64,000 nt of DNA from Rhizobiaceae bacterium (GCA_017643025.1 JAEPOG010000004.1:480141-544140), one strand, 5' to 3'; positions 38,974 through 48,611 are shown, numbered from the stretch's first letter. Notes: generated by a model from the letters alone, not told the origin. Made by a program: numbers and translations.

Positions 38974-40095
38974 ATGTGGAGGTGGCTTCGCCGGCTGATT
39001 GTCGCGATCGTCGCGATCGTTCTGATCGCGGTCGCCATTCCCGCCATTGGGCTCGCATACGGCTTCCTCACCAGTGACCCGGTCGTCATCGAGCGGCCTG
39101 AACCGCCGCGGGGCGAGGCGCTGGCGATTTCGGGACGGCTCGCAGCTGAAATCGAGGGCTACAAGCGCGCCGAGGAATCGACCTTTCTTACCTATCCGGA
39201 ATGGTCGATCGTCTACGCCGCGCGCGAATACGCCGGTTCCGTGGGCCGCGAGCTTCCTTCATCCTTCCCCTATTGGGCCTATGTCGGCCGTTTCTGGCAG
39301 GATTATGCGCTCATGATCCGCGCCACGGAGGCCTACCCGTTCAATTTCCAGAACCATTTGATGCTGATGGTTATCGGGGTCAGCCACACGGTCGAGCACG
39401 CGGTCCAATGGGCTTACGAAAATACGATCGGCAGGCTGACGGAACTGGCGGCTTCATGGCAGCCTACGCCAGAGGACGGCTATCAGGCCGCCGTCGCGGC
39501 CGAATACGCGGCATTTCTCGACCAGGTGCCCTGGTACCGGTTTCCCTATGCCGAACGGCGCGGCGGCCTGTGGGATGTCGAACCGGCTCGGGGCTGGACG
39601 AGCATTCGCTCTTGGGAGCGCAAGCTCGGCTTTGGCATCGCCTATTCGATCAAGCAGGGCTACGCCGACCTGATCAAATCCGGTCTCGACGCCACATCCG
39701 ATGCGGCGCTGCTTGATATCCATGTCTGGGCGCAGGGTCCCGTTGAGATTGCGATAGCCGGCGAAGCGGACACGAGGCTGGTGCGCGACCTTGGCGCCGA
39801 CGGCGCCGTGTTTGTGACCCAGCGCTATCAGGTGTTCACCGACATGATCCCGCGCTTGGTGGAAAAGGGTGTGCGCTTCGTCGAGATTGGCGGCAACAGG
39901 CTGATTTTCCTGACTGTTCTTTCCGGCGGCAGCCTGCCGCTGCCGGACGCAGCCGAACCTGTGCTTGACTACCAGCTGCCGGCATCCGCCGAGGTGCGCC
40001 GAACCGGAATTGCCGTTCCCGTTGCCCGGCTACACGAATTCTTACCGTTTCTGGAACAGAATGGCGCGAAGCTGGAGCATGTCTATGACTATTGA
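38974..40095 (+). CDS. Membrane-anchored hypothetical protein (TFLTYPEW motif)
   Basis: N-terminal TM helix; aromatic-rich motifs TFLTYPEWSIVY, FPYW, YENTIGRLTE, PWYRFPY and WERK; strong coding bias. Confidence 0.8.
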   Translation: MWRWLRRLIVAIVAIVLIAVAIPAIGLAYGFLTSDPVVIERPEPPRGEALAISGRLAAEIEGYKRAEESTFLTYPEWSIVYAAREYAGSVGRELPSSFPYWAYVGRFWQDYALMIRATEAYPFNFQNHLMLMVIGVSHTVEHAVQWAYENTIGRLTELAASWQPTPEDGYQAAVAAEYAAFLDQVPWYRFPYAERRGGLWDVEPARGWTSIRSWERKLGFGIAYSIKQGYADLIKSGLDATSDAALLDIHVWAQGPVEIAIAGEADTRLVRDLGADGAVFVTQRYQVFTDMIPRLVEKGVRFVEIGGNRLIFLTVLSGGSLPLPDAAEPVLDYQLPASAEVRRTGIAVPVARLHEFLPFLEQNGAKLEHVYDY

Positions 40096-40113
40096 GAACG
40101 GTCCCCCGCGTTG

Positions 40114-41157
40114 ATGACGCTGCTCAGGCTTTCAGCCATTCTGCTCGCGACTCTCTTTGGTGCGGGGGCGCTGATCCTTGCGGCGTTTGCCGGCATGTCG
40201 TCGCTGCGAGAGGTGCTGCCGCCTGGCACGGGACCGGGTGAGCAGGCCCGTCACGCGACCGTCGATGGTCTGAACCTGCATTACCGTCAGTGGGGACCAG
40301 ACGACGGGCCTCCGGTCGTGCTCGTTCACGGCGCCGTGGCTTGGTCCGAGACCTGGCGCGATATTGCGACGCCGCTCGGTGATGCCGGGTATCGTGTTCT
40401 AGCTCCCGACCTGCCGCCCTTTGGTTATTCGGAACGCCCCGTCGATGCCGACTATTCGCGCCCCGCACAGGCGCGCCTGCTTCAAGGGTTCGCGGAGGCC
40501 CTTCGGCTCGACGACTTCATACTGGTCGGCCATTCCTTCGGCGGCGGCGCAACGATGGAAGCGGCGCTGGCGATGCGGGAGAAAATCGACGCACTGGTGC
40601 TGATCGACGTTGCGCTCAACCTGTCTCCCACGCGGCCCAAGCCGCTCGTCGGGCTGCTGCTGAAAACGCGCCCGACACGCACGGCGGCGGCCGCCACCAG
40701 CTTTGCAAATCCGATTGTCGTCTCTCTCGGCTTGCGATCCTTCGTTTTCGACAAGGCGCTGGCGACGAATGAAAGGCTGACGCTCTATCACGCGCCACTC
40801 GACGTTGAAGGAACGGCGGCGGCTACAGGCGACTGGATCAGGACCGGGCTGTTCGGCGACCTGTCTGCAGCGCCTTCCGCGCAGCGCGACAACCTCGCCG
40901 CCCTCGACATTCCCACGCTCGTTGTCTGGGGCCGCGAGGATACGGTGACACCACTGGAGCAAGGCGAAGACATCGCCGGACTTCTGCCCGACGCGCGCCT
41001 CGTCATACTCGATGCGGTGAACCACATTCCCCATATCGAGCGGCCCGATCTCGTGGTGGAAGCGCTCTTGGAATTCCTGCTCCACCCGGGATTGGCGGAT
41101 GGTGATTTGACGGCGTCAACCCGGCCCATTGAGAGTATTGGCGAGGTCGCGGACTGA
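40114..41157 (+). CDS. Alpha/beta hydrolase with N-terminal TM helix
   Basis: HG oxyanion loop, GHSFGG nucleophile, WGREDT and NHIPH. Confidence 0.9.
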   Translation: MTLLRLSAILLATLFGAGALILAAFAGMSSLREVLPPGTGPGEQARHATVDGLNLHYRQWGPDDGPPVVLVHGAVAWSETWRDIATPLGDAGYRVLAPDLPPFGYSERPVDADYSRPAQARLLQGFAEALRLDDFILVGHSFGGGATMEAALAMREKIDALVLIDVALNLSPTRPKPLVGLLLKTRPTRTAAAATSFANPIVVSLGLRSFVFDKALATNERLTLYHAPLDVEGTAAATGDWIRTGLFGDLSAAPSAQRDNLAALDIPTLVVWGREDTVTPLEQGEDIAGLLPDARLVILDAVNHIPHIERPDLVVEALLEFLLHPGLADGDLTASTRPIESIGEVAD

Positions 41158-42027
41158 CGCTTCGAATAGCTGCCGACCGCCCGGTCGCCAGCCAAGCGAT
41201 TTGAGCTTGGCGCAGTTCATCGGGGAAAGCGATACGGGATCGGCGCGTTCCGGCAATGGACGCGCAACGCCAGTGACCGAATTCACGATCGCAGCAATGT
41301 CGGCACTGTCGACAACGATATCCGAAACGCAGAATACCTCGTGCGGCCTGTCCAGCTTTGCCGTCAGTGTGGTTAGCACGGCCCATGCGACATCCTCTCC
41401 ATGGACTTCGGTGCCGATACGCGAAGGCAGCTTTCTGCCGGCTAGATGGTCGGAAACCAGCGCTGCCCATTTGTGTGCTCGTCCGGGCGGCGGCGGGCCA
41501 TAGACGCCGGTGACACGCAGGCTGATACCACTGAAGCACTCGTCGGCAAGCTGGCCTAATCCCCGCTCGGCGGCGAGCTTGACCTCGCCGTAGAGCGTGT
41601 CCGGACGCGCCTCTGTCTCCTCGGTCAATTCCGCGCCGTTTGCCTCGTCGCCGTAGACCGCCCGCGAGGACAGAAAGACGACGCGCTTAGCGCCCACTTT
41701 CTTCGCCGCCTCGAACCGTCGGAGCGACGCATCCACGTTGCGTCGCCGAAAACCCTCAGGATTGTTTCCTTCCCCGCCACGGTACTTGCCCGGCAAATGG
41801 TCGAACGCGCAGTGGACGAAGAAGTCGGCGCCGGCGAAGGTTTCCGCGTGGTCCTCGTCCGGCTCAAGTTGATCGGCGACAAATGTGACCGGCCGCGAGA
41901 AAAAATCTCTCGCAGGCTTCGTGCGGCCCGTCACCGTGACTTCATGCCCCTCGTCGAGCAGCCGTTCAACGATGAACCGCCCCACATAACCCGTGCCGCC
42001 GGAAACGACCGTGCGCGGCGCACTCAT
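41116..42027 (-). CDS. sqdC: NAD-dependent epimerase/dehydratase of SQDG synthesis
   Basis: GGTGYVG, SSRAVYG and YGEVK motifs; third gene after sqdB-sqdD; ATG 42027 overlaps the sqdD stop. Confidence 0.8.
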   Translation of the reverse strand: MSAPRTVVSGGTGYVGRFIVERLLDEGHEVTVTGRTKPARDFFSRPVTFVADQLEPDEDHAETFAGADFFVHCAFDHLPGKYRGGEGNNPEGFRRRNVDASLRRFEAAKKVGAKRVVFLSSRAVYGDEANGAELTEETEARPDTLYGEVKLAAERGLGQLADECFSGISLRVTGVYGPPPPGRAHKWAALVSDHLAGRKLPSRIGTEVHGEDVAWAVLTTLTAKLDRPHEVFCVSDIVVDSADIAAIVNSVTGVARPLPERADPVSLSPMNCAKLKSLGWRPGGRQLFEASVRDLANTLNGPG

Positions 42028-42842
42028 TGAGCCGGCTTTGCCGGATTGGGGAGCGATCCAACATCGGGAATGCTCTCGCCGTCGAAATAGGCCTGCCAGA
42101 GGTCGATCAGCGGCCTGAGGCGATCGGCCTTGGCATGGTCGTCCTGCCAGGGCTTCTCGTACTGGTAGTGCACGACCGAGACCGACGCCCAGTCCCACAA
42201 TTCCGGTAGGTTGAACCAGACATATTGCAGCATGTTGTAGAACACCGGCAGGCCGTGCCAGTGGGGGAAGAACGACTGTAGGAATGTCTGGTCAGTGCGC
42301 GGCCAGAGCGCATCGGGCGCATCGAGCTTATCCAGCATGGCGGCGAAGGTCGCCCGCGACGGCTTCGCCACGAACACGCCGGAATTGAGCCGGCGGAAAT
42401 CAGCGAGCGTCTCATAGACATTCGGCGCGGCCGAAAACTCCGGATAACCGAACAGCTTGTCGATGTTCCGGACCACGATGGCGTCGGCATCGATGAAGAC
42501 GACGGTGTCGTACTCGTCCAGTTCCCAGAGCCTGAGCTTGGCGAAATTGTCGAGCGGCGTATGGAAAGCCGGCTTGTCGCCCTTTGTGAAAGGGTGGTCG
42601 GCGTGGATCTTCGCCCGGGCATGCCGCTCGTTGAACCCGGCCGAGGTCGGCAGCAAATCCGCTTTCACAAGCTCCGCGCCGAGATCCTCCAGCGCTACGA
42701 GATCGTCCACGGCGACGCCGCCGGTGTGCATCACGACGATATCGGCTTCTGTGCCTGTCAGCTTGAGCGAACGCACCAGCGCGTACGCGCCATCTGCATA
42801 GTCTGCATTGGTGACCAGCGTCACATAGGCGTTGCGGGGCAT
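42024..42842 (-). CDS. sqdD: GT8 glycosyltransferase, sulfoquinovosyltransferase
   Basis: DADA (DxD), NSGVFV, DQTFL and HYQYEKPW motifs; adjacent to sqdB. Confidence 0.85.
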   Translation of the reverse strand: MPRNAYVTLVTNADYADGAYALVRSLKLTGTEADIVVMHTGGVAVDDLVALEDLGAELVKADLLPTSAGFNERHARAKIHADHPFTKGDKPAFHTPLDNFAKLRLWELDEYDTVVFIDADAIVVRNIDKLFGYPEFSAAPNVYETLADFRRLNSGVFVAKPSRATFAAMLDKLDAPDALWPRTDQTFLQSFFPHWHGLPVFYNMLQYVWFNLPELWDWASVSVVHYQYEKPWQDDHAKADRLRPLIDLWQAYFDGESIPDVGSLPNPAKPAQ

Positions 42843-42859
42843 TTGGCGGCGTCTACCGG

Positions 42860-44080
42860 TCAGGACACCTTCCTCAGCCGCTTGCCTTCCGGGTCGCTGT
42901 CGAGCGTCGGCGCGATGTCCTTCGTCCAGGCCGATAGCGCAGGGATGCGGCTGCGGTCGACGCGATAGGCGAACTTCTTCGCCACGTCGACCACCTCCGA
43001 CAACAGCCCCTCTGCCAGAGTCGTCGGCTTCAGTCCCAACTCCAGGAACTGCTCGTTGCGAACGACGAGATCGTTTTCGGCCGCTTCCTTGCGCGGGTTG
43101 GGCACATAGGCGACCCTAGCGCCGGTGATCTTCGCTACCAGTTCGGCTAGATCGCGCACGCGGTGCGTCTCGGTCATCTGGTTGAATATCTTGACTCGGT
43201 CGCCTCTGGCCGGCGGGTTTTTCAGCGCCAGTTCGATGCAACGTACCGAGTCCTGAATATGGATGAAAGCGCGCGTCTGTCCGCCCGTGCCGTGGACTGT
43301 CAGCGGGTAGCCGATCGCCGCCTGGATCAGGAAGCGGTTCAGCACCGTGCCGTAATCGCCGTCGTAATCGAAGCGGTTCACGAGCTGCGGGTGCCGCCTC
43401 GTCTGGTCCGTGTGAGTGCCCCACACGATGCCCTGATGCAGATCGGTGATCCTGACGCCGTCATTCTTGGCGTAGAACTGGAACAGCAGCTGATCGAGGC
43501 ACTTGGTCATGTGGTAGACTGAGCCGGGATTTGCCGGATAAAGAATGTCCTGCCGCGCGGTATCGCCGGCAAGCGTCTCAATGCCGACGGGCAGATACCC
43601 CTCGGGGATCGCCGCGCCGACGCTTGAATAGCCGTAGACGCCCATGGTGCCGAGATGCACCAGATGCGCGTCGATGCCGGTCTCAACAATGGCGTTCAGC
43701 AGATTGTGCGACGCATTCACATTGTTGGAGACGGTGTAGTTCTTGTGCCGGTCCGACTTCATCGAATAGGGCGCGGCGCGCTGCTCGGCGAAATGCACGA
43801 TGGCGTCGGGCCGGTGTTCGGCCAGCCAGCCCTTGAGTAGGTCGTAATCCTTCGCGATGTCGAGCAGGTGGAAACGGATGCGCCGCCCCGTCTCCTGGTG
43901 CCAGATGCGCGTGCGCTCCTGGATCGAATCCATCGGCGTCAAAGACTGCACGCCGAGTTCCGTGTCGATCCAGCGCCTGGAGAGGTTGTCGAGGATGTGC
44001 ACCTCGTGGCCGAGCTCCGACAAATGGAGCGAGGTGGGCCAGCCGACGAAACCGTCGCCGCCGAGTACCGCGATCTTCAT
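42860..44080 (-). CDS. sqdB: UDP-sulfoquinovose synthase
   Basis: GGDGFVGWPT, HFAEQRAAPYSMK, LGTMGVYG and YHMTK motifs. Confidence 0.96.
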   Translation of the reverse strand: MKIAVLGGDGFVGWPTSLHLSELGHEVHILDNLSRRWIDTELGVQSLTPMDSIQERTRIWHQETGRRIRFHLLDIAKDYDLLKGWLAEHRPDAIVHFAEQRAAPYSMKSDRHKNYTVSNNVNASHNLLNAIVETGIDAHLVHLGTMGVYGYSSVGAAIPEGYLPVGIETLAGDTARQDILYPANPGSVYHMTKCLDQLLFQFYAKNDGVRITDLHQGIVWGTHTDQTRRHPQLVNRFDYDGDYGTVLNRFLIQAAIGYPLTVHGTGGQTRAFIHIQDSVRCIELALKNPPARGDRVKIFNQMTETHRVRDLAELVAKITGARVAYVPNPRKEAAENDLVVRNEQFLELGLKPTTLAEGLLSEVVDVAKKFAYRVDRSRIPALSAWTKDIAPTLDSDPEGKRLRKVS

Positions 44081-44151
44081 CGAATCAGTCCCTTCCTGAT
44101 CAATGGAAGCGCCGTCCTAACTGCCAATTGTGACAGCCATGCATCCGCCGG

Positions 44152-45762
44152 CTAACTGCCTGTGGAGCCCTCCGCCAACCGCGAAACCGCCCGCCAGAAG
44201 GTCGACACGAACAATTCCCCGGGATCGTACTCGCGCTTCTTGGCCACGAACGCCGGAAGCTCGGGATAGGACGCGAGCAGTTGGGCGGCGGTGTAGTGGA
44301 GTTGGTAGGGCAGGAAGAACCGCCCCTTGTGCTCGATGGTCAGGTCGATCAGCGCCCGCGTGAGCGCTCGCATGCCGGCATTTCCGGCTTCGTCCGTCGT
44401 CTGGTTAATGTAGAGCACCAGCGAGAAGGCCGGCTCGGTCGCGTAGGGAAGCGCGATATCGGCCGCGTCGACCACGCGCACCGAGGCATTCAGGAGGTTT
44501 GCGTCGTGCGCGAGCAGGATCTCCCGCGCCCCGGCGATGAACTCCGGGAAAGCCGCGCGCGGAAAGAAATACTCATGCAAGATGTCGGTCTCACCCTTCA
44601 GGTCGTTGAAGAGATAGGGCACGGAGTCGTGCATCGGGTCGTTGCGGGTGACGAGGCAGGCCTCGCCCTCCGCCATCGCCGCCGTGCGCGGCACTGTGCA
44701 GCTTTCGAACTTCGGTTCGAGCGACTTTTCGACATACCATTTGAGGTCGCGGAACCACGCGCCGTGTTTCGACAGGTTCAGGATAAGCCGCTTGACCGCG
44801 ACCATGCCCGGCTCGCCCAGCGGCGGCAGGTCTGTGGGCAGTTCGTCGCCCTCGCGGTCGTACCGATAGACAACCATTTCGTCGAACAGTGTCCCCGGCG
44901 CCGTCGACAGATGCCCGTAGAAGAGGCCCAGGCCGTTGTCGCCGGCGATCCGCTCGGAAAAATATGACGGAAAGTCCGCTGTCGGTATCAGCGCGCGCGA
45001 GGTTCGGTAGATCGCATTGTCGACCACCTCCAGCTCGGCAGATAGGATCACACCGAACAGCCCGTAACCGCCGACGACGTGGCGGAACAGGTCGGCGTTC
45101 TCGCTGCGTGAACAAGCGACGACCGATCCGTCGGCGAGCATGATCTCAAGCGAACGGATCGAGCCGTCCACGGCGCCGGCGTGGTGGTCCATTCCGTGCG
45201 CATTGACCGACACCGAGCCGCCTACGGAGAAGATGTCGGTCGACTGCATAGCCTTCACCGCGAAACGCGGGTGGATGGCGTTCTGGATGGCGTGCCACGT
45301 CGCGCCGGGCCCGACGCGCACGGTCTTCGCCTCGGCGTCGAGTTCGATCGCATTCATGCCGCGCATGTCGAGCACCACGGCATGGTCGTCGAATGCGTGG
45401 CCGCCCATCGAATGACGCACTGCCGCTGTCGCGATCTTCAGCCGGTTGGACCTTGCGAAAGTCAGCGCCTTGGCCACGTCCTCGCGCGACTTGACCGCTA
45501 CGACACCGAAGACCGGCGTGCGCGACAGGCCGCTCGCGTCGTTGAGGCTGCCCTGCGTCATCGCCCAGGGAAGCTCGGGATCGTGCGGCGGCAGATAGGG
45601 CGGCGGATCGGTCTCGAGCGCGAGGCCGTCAATGTCACGGACGCGACCGGCATCCTTGGGTGCCGATGGTGGCGCTGCCATCCGCGCGGCCGACCATCCG
45701 GCCCAGCCGGCTACTCCAAGCGTGGCTCCGCCGCCCAGCAACAACCGACGTGAAACCTTCAT
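44152..45762 (-). CDS. Tat-exported FAD-binding oxidoreductase (VAO/PCMH fold)
   Basis: MKVSRRLLLG twin-arginine signal; RHSMGG, SVGGSVSVNAHG, GGYGLFGVI, LPYQLHY and K..YDP..LF motifs. Confidence 0.88.
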   Translation of the reverse strand: MKVSRRLLLGGGATLGVAGWAGWSAARMAAPPSAPKDAGRVRDIDGLALETDPPPYLPPHDPELPWAMTQGSLNDASGLSRTPVFGVVAVKSREDVAKALTFARSNRLKIATAAVRHSMGGHAFDDHAVVLDMRGMNAIELDAEAKTVRVGPGATWHAIQNAIHPRFAVKAMQSTDIFSVGGSVSVNAHGMDHHAGAVDGSIRSLEIMLADGSVVACSRSENADLFRHVVGGYGLFGVILSAELEVVDNAIYRTSRALIPTADFPSYFSERIAGDNGLGLFYGHLSTAPGTLFDEMVVYRYDREGDELPTDLPPLGEPGMVAVKRLILNLSKHGAWFRDLKWYVEKSLEPKFESCTVPRTAAMAEGEACLVTRNDPMHDSVPYLFNDLKGETDILHEYFFPRAAFPEFIAGAREILLAHDANLLNASVRVVDAADIALPYATEPAFSLVLYINQTTDEAGNAGMRALTRALIDLTIEHKGRFFLPYQLHYTAAQLLASYPELPAFVAKKREYDPGELFVSTFWRAVSRLAEGSTGS

Positions 45763-46071
45763 GTCCCGCTCCCGCCGCCGATTACATGCGCGCAGGGTCG
45801 CAGGATTCGCACCGACCGCCAAGCGGCATGGCCGCAAACAAATGGGCCGGCCCCTCGCGGAGCCGGCCCGGTATTGCCTGAGACCGGTCCAATATGCCCA
45901 TGGCGGACGGCGCTCGCAACCGCATTGCTGTTAACGCCGGTTACGCAAAGTGATCTGGCGCCCAGCATACCACCGCAATATTGCCACGCGCGGCTCTTTC
46001 CCTACGTAATGCAAGGGCCCGCCAATCCCGCGTACCCCCACGCGGTACGATCCGGGCCAGGAGGCCGCCAG

Positions 46072-46284
46072 ATGAAGGTGCAGCGCAGAGTAACGAGCAT
46101 GCCGCCGCGCGACAAAGCGGCAAAGACGTCTGACGATCGGGTCGCGGAAGCCGTGGACGCGGTCTGCGACGAGCTGGGCATCACCGACCGGCGAGGACGC
46201 GCCCTGATCGCGCGCCGCGTAACCGCCGCCTATTTGAGCGGGCCGCGCCAGCCGCTCAATCTGGTAAGCGCCGGTCTCGGATAG
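46072..46284 (+). CDS. Small hypothetical protein (70 aa)
   Basis: AGGAGG RBS; AVDAVCDELG..R..IA.R...AY.SG.R.P..L helical pattern; start could instead be ATG 46099. Confidence 0.5.
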   Translation: MKVQRRVTSMPPRDKAAKTSDDRVAEAVDAVCDELGITDRRGRALIARRVTAAYLSGPRQPLNLVSAGLG

Positions 46285-46427
46285 CAGCCGCTACCATCTA
46301 CAGGCTAACTGGCAGCGCCGTTCGCTCTTGCCAACCCTTCACGCCCTCGCGGTTGCACGCATCGCATGCGCCATGCGAAGCTGGCGGCTGACGCACACAG
46401 CGCCACCATCAGATGCTGGACGTCGGT

Positions 46428-46733
46428 ATGAGCGACATCGTCACGAAGCAAGACGTGAAGACCCGGAGGAAGGTCGAGCGGCCGAAGCTGCACAAGGTCA
46501 TCCTCGTCAACGACGATTTCACGCCGCGCGAATTCGTGGTGCAGGTGCTGAAGGCCGAATTCCGCACCACCGACGACGAAGCCTACCGCATCATGATCAC
46601 CGCCCATCAGCGTGGCGTCTGCGTCGTTGCAGTCTTCACGAAGGACATCGCCGAAACGAAGGCCACCAGAGCAACGGACGCTGGCAAGGCAGCAGGCTTT
46701 CCCCTGCTGTTCACGACCGAACCCGAAGAATGA
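46428..46733 (+). CDS. clpS: ATP-dependent Clp protease adaptor (ClpS2-type)
   Basis: KVILVNDDFTPREFVV...MITAHQRG...FPLLFTTEPEE. Confidence 0.95.
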   Translation: MSDIVTKQDVKTRRKVERPKLHKVILVNDDFTPREFVVQVLKAEFRTTDDEAYRIMITAHQRGVCVVAVFTKDIAETKATRATDAGKAAGFPLLFTTEPEE

Positions 46734-46766
46734 TGCGATAGCAGGGACGCTCAGCGGGCTCTCTGC

Positions 46767-47720
46767 CTACTCGGCCGCGAGCGCCGACTCCTCGCTAACC
46801 GCCCTCGTCTCCTTGCGCCACGCCTTCCAGTGGGCGCGCCAGCGGCGACCAAGCGCCTCAGGCCGGTCGGCAAAAAGCCGGGCGCCTGCACCAAGGGCTT
46901 CGCCAAGAAGCGCGTCCTGCCTCGTCCTCGCGCGGCGCAACAGCGCCTCCTGAATCTCCGGATTGCCGGCGAGCGAGAAATCCTCCGTCAACGCCGCCGC
47001 GAAGACCGACAGGTCGTTGTGATCGCCGAGCAGTTCGCTCAGCCGGCGGGTCTCGCCGATCCATACCTCCATTACCGGTGGCCAGACCGGCGCCAGCAGC
47101 CGCGTGTGATAGCAATGGTACTTCACGCGCTTGCGCCACTCGTGAATGTTGTCCGGCGAAGGGTCGTCGCGCACCGTGCGCATGGCACTGCGGCCGCGGC
47201 GGTACGTTTTCTCCAGTCCGCCGGCGAGCGCCTTGAAACCCTTTGAAGATAGCCGCCAGCGGTCCACGCGCTTGCGCGCCGCTACCATCTCCTCGCGGAA
47301 CCGGATCAGCCGAAGTTCGATATCCGCCCCGGGAGCGCCCGGCAGCGTCCGGTTGGTGTCCCTTCGGGCGACGAGTCGCTCGCGCACACCGCCGATATCC
47401 TCGGCGGACATGTCATCGAAACCTGCCGCGGCCAATGCATCGAAGGTTCCGATCAGAACATCGTCGTCACGCAGACCCGATAGAGTGCGCGCCGCATCGC
47501 GGATGGCGGCATTCTCCCGGGCGTAGTCATCGAACACCGGACGCACCAGCCGTATCAGGCCGCGCAGTTTTTTGCAGCGCTTGCGCACCTGATGGACCGT
47601 TTCGGCATGTGGCAGAGCATCGTCGTCGATTTCGGCCATGGCCTTGTCGATCTGCTCGCGCGCAATGCGGCGCAGGCCTGCATCGACGCGGTCGTCATCT
47701 TCTGTGAAGCGATAAGGCAT
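46767..47720 (-). CDS. CHAD domain protein
   Basis: HQVRKRCKKLR, RD.DV, HEWRKRVKYH and LGDHNDL motifs. Confidence 0.92.
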   Translation of the reverse strand: MPYRFTEDDDRVDAGLRRIAREQIDKAMAEIDDDALPHAETVHQVRKRCKKLRGLIRLVRPVFDDYARENAAIRDAARTLSGLRDDDVLIGTFDALAAAGFDDMSAEDIGGVRERLVARRDTNRTLPGAPGADIELRLIRFREEMVAARKRVDRWRLSSKGFKALAGGLEKTYRRGRSAMRTVRDDPSPDNIHEWRKRVKYHCYHTRLLAPVWPPVMEVWIGETRRLSELLGDHNDLSVFAAALTEDFSLAGNPEIQEALLRRARTRQDALLGEALGAGARLFADRPEALGRRWRAHWKAWRKETRAVSEESALAAE

Positions 47721-47910
47721 GGCTGCCGAATATCCTCAGGCACGCGTTGTCGCGCCGCCGGCGGCCGGTGGCAAGTACCGCAGACGCTACGCTCGCGCCG
47801 GACCCGAACCATCCATGCATCGATGCATATCACTCTTACCCATTTCTGCAGTTCCTATTCGTCTTGCGCATGGGTATTTCAGCACCCGATACCGAGACAG
47901 GATCAAGCCA

Positions 47911-48534
47911 ATGCCCGACACGAAGACTTTCTGGGACCGCATCGCCAGGAAATATGCCGCCAATCCGATCAAGAACGTGGAAGGCTATAACCGGACGGTG
48001 GAGCGCACCCGCGCCCATCTGTCCAGGGATGACCGGGTGCTGGAGGTGGGCTGCGGTTCGGGCACGACGGCGCTGCTGCTCGCGCCGCACGTCGCACACA
48101 TCACTGCCAGCGACATCTCCTCGGAGATGACCGCGATCGGCGCGGAAAAAACGGCGGACCAGAAAGTGACGAATGCCGAATTCGTCTGCGCAACGCCGTT
48201 CGATGACGCGTTCCCCTCGGCGCCGTTCGACGCTGTTCTGGCATTCAACTTCCTGCATCTTACGTCTGATGTCTCGGCGACCTTGCGGCGGCTGGGCGAC
48301 CTTTTGAAGCCGGGTGGGGTGCTGATTTCAAAAACCGCCGCAATCGGCGGTGCCAAGCAGTATCTGATCCGCCCTCTGATTGCCGTGATGCAGCTGTTCG
48401 GCAAAGCCCCATCCGGCCTGAGCTACTTCACCGCGAAGCAGCTTGAAGCGAAGATGCGCGAAGCGGGGTTCGAACTCGTCGAATCGGATTTTCATGGCGA
48501 CTCGCGACCTTTCATCGTGGCGCGCAAGAATTAG
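47911..48534 (+). CDS. Class I SAM-dependent methyltransferase
   Basis: FWDRIARKYA, LEVGCGSG, DIS and LKPGG motifs. Confidence 0.92.
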   Translation: MPDTKTFWDRIARKYAANPIKNVEGYNRTVERTRAHLSRDDRVLEVGCGSGTTALLLAPHVAHITASDISSEMTAIGAEKTADQKVTNAEFVCATPFDDAFPSAPFDAVLAFNFLHLTSDVSATLRRLGDLLKPGGVLISKTAAIGGAKQYLIRPLIAVMQLFGKAPSGLSYFTAKQLEAKMREAGFELVESDFHGDSRPFIVARKN

Positions 48535-48611
48535 TATCCACGCCGGCGGATGCCTTGCCCGCACAAGTCGTGTTAGTCGCCTTGCCAGCGCACATGATCG
48601 GAGGCGATACG

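Noticed and set aside
45930-45945. TTAA-CGCCGG-TTAC as a CtrA site
   Set aside because: The spacer is 6 nt rather than 7 and the second half-site is degenerate.
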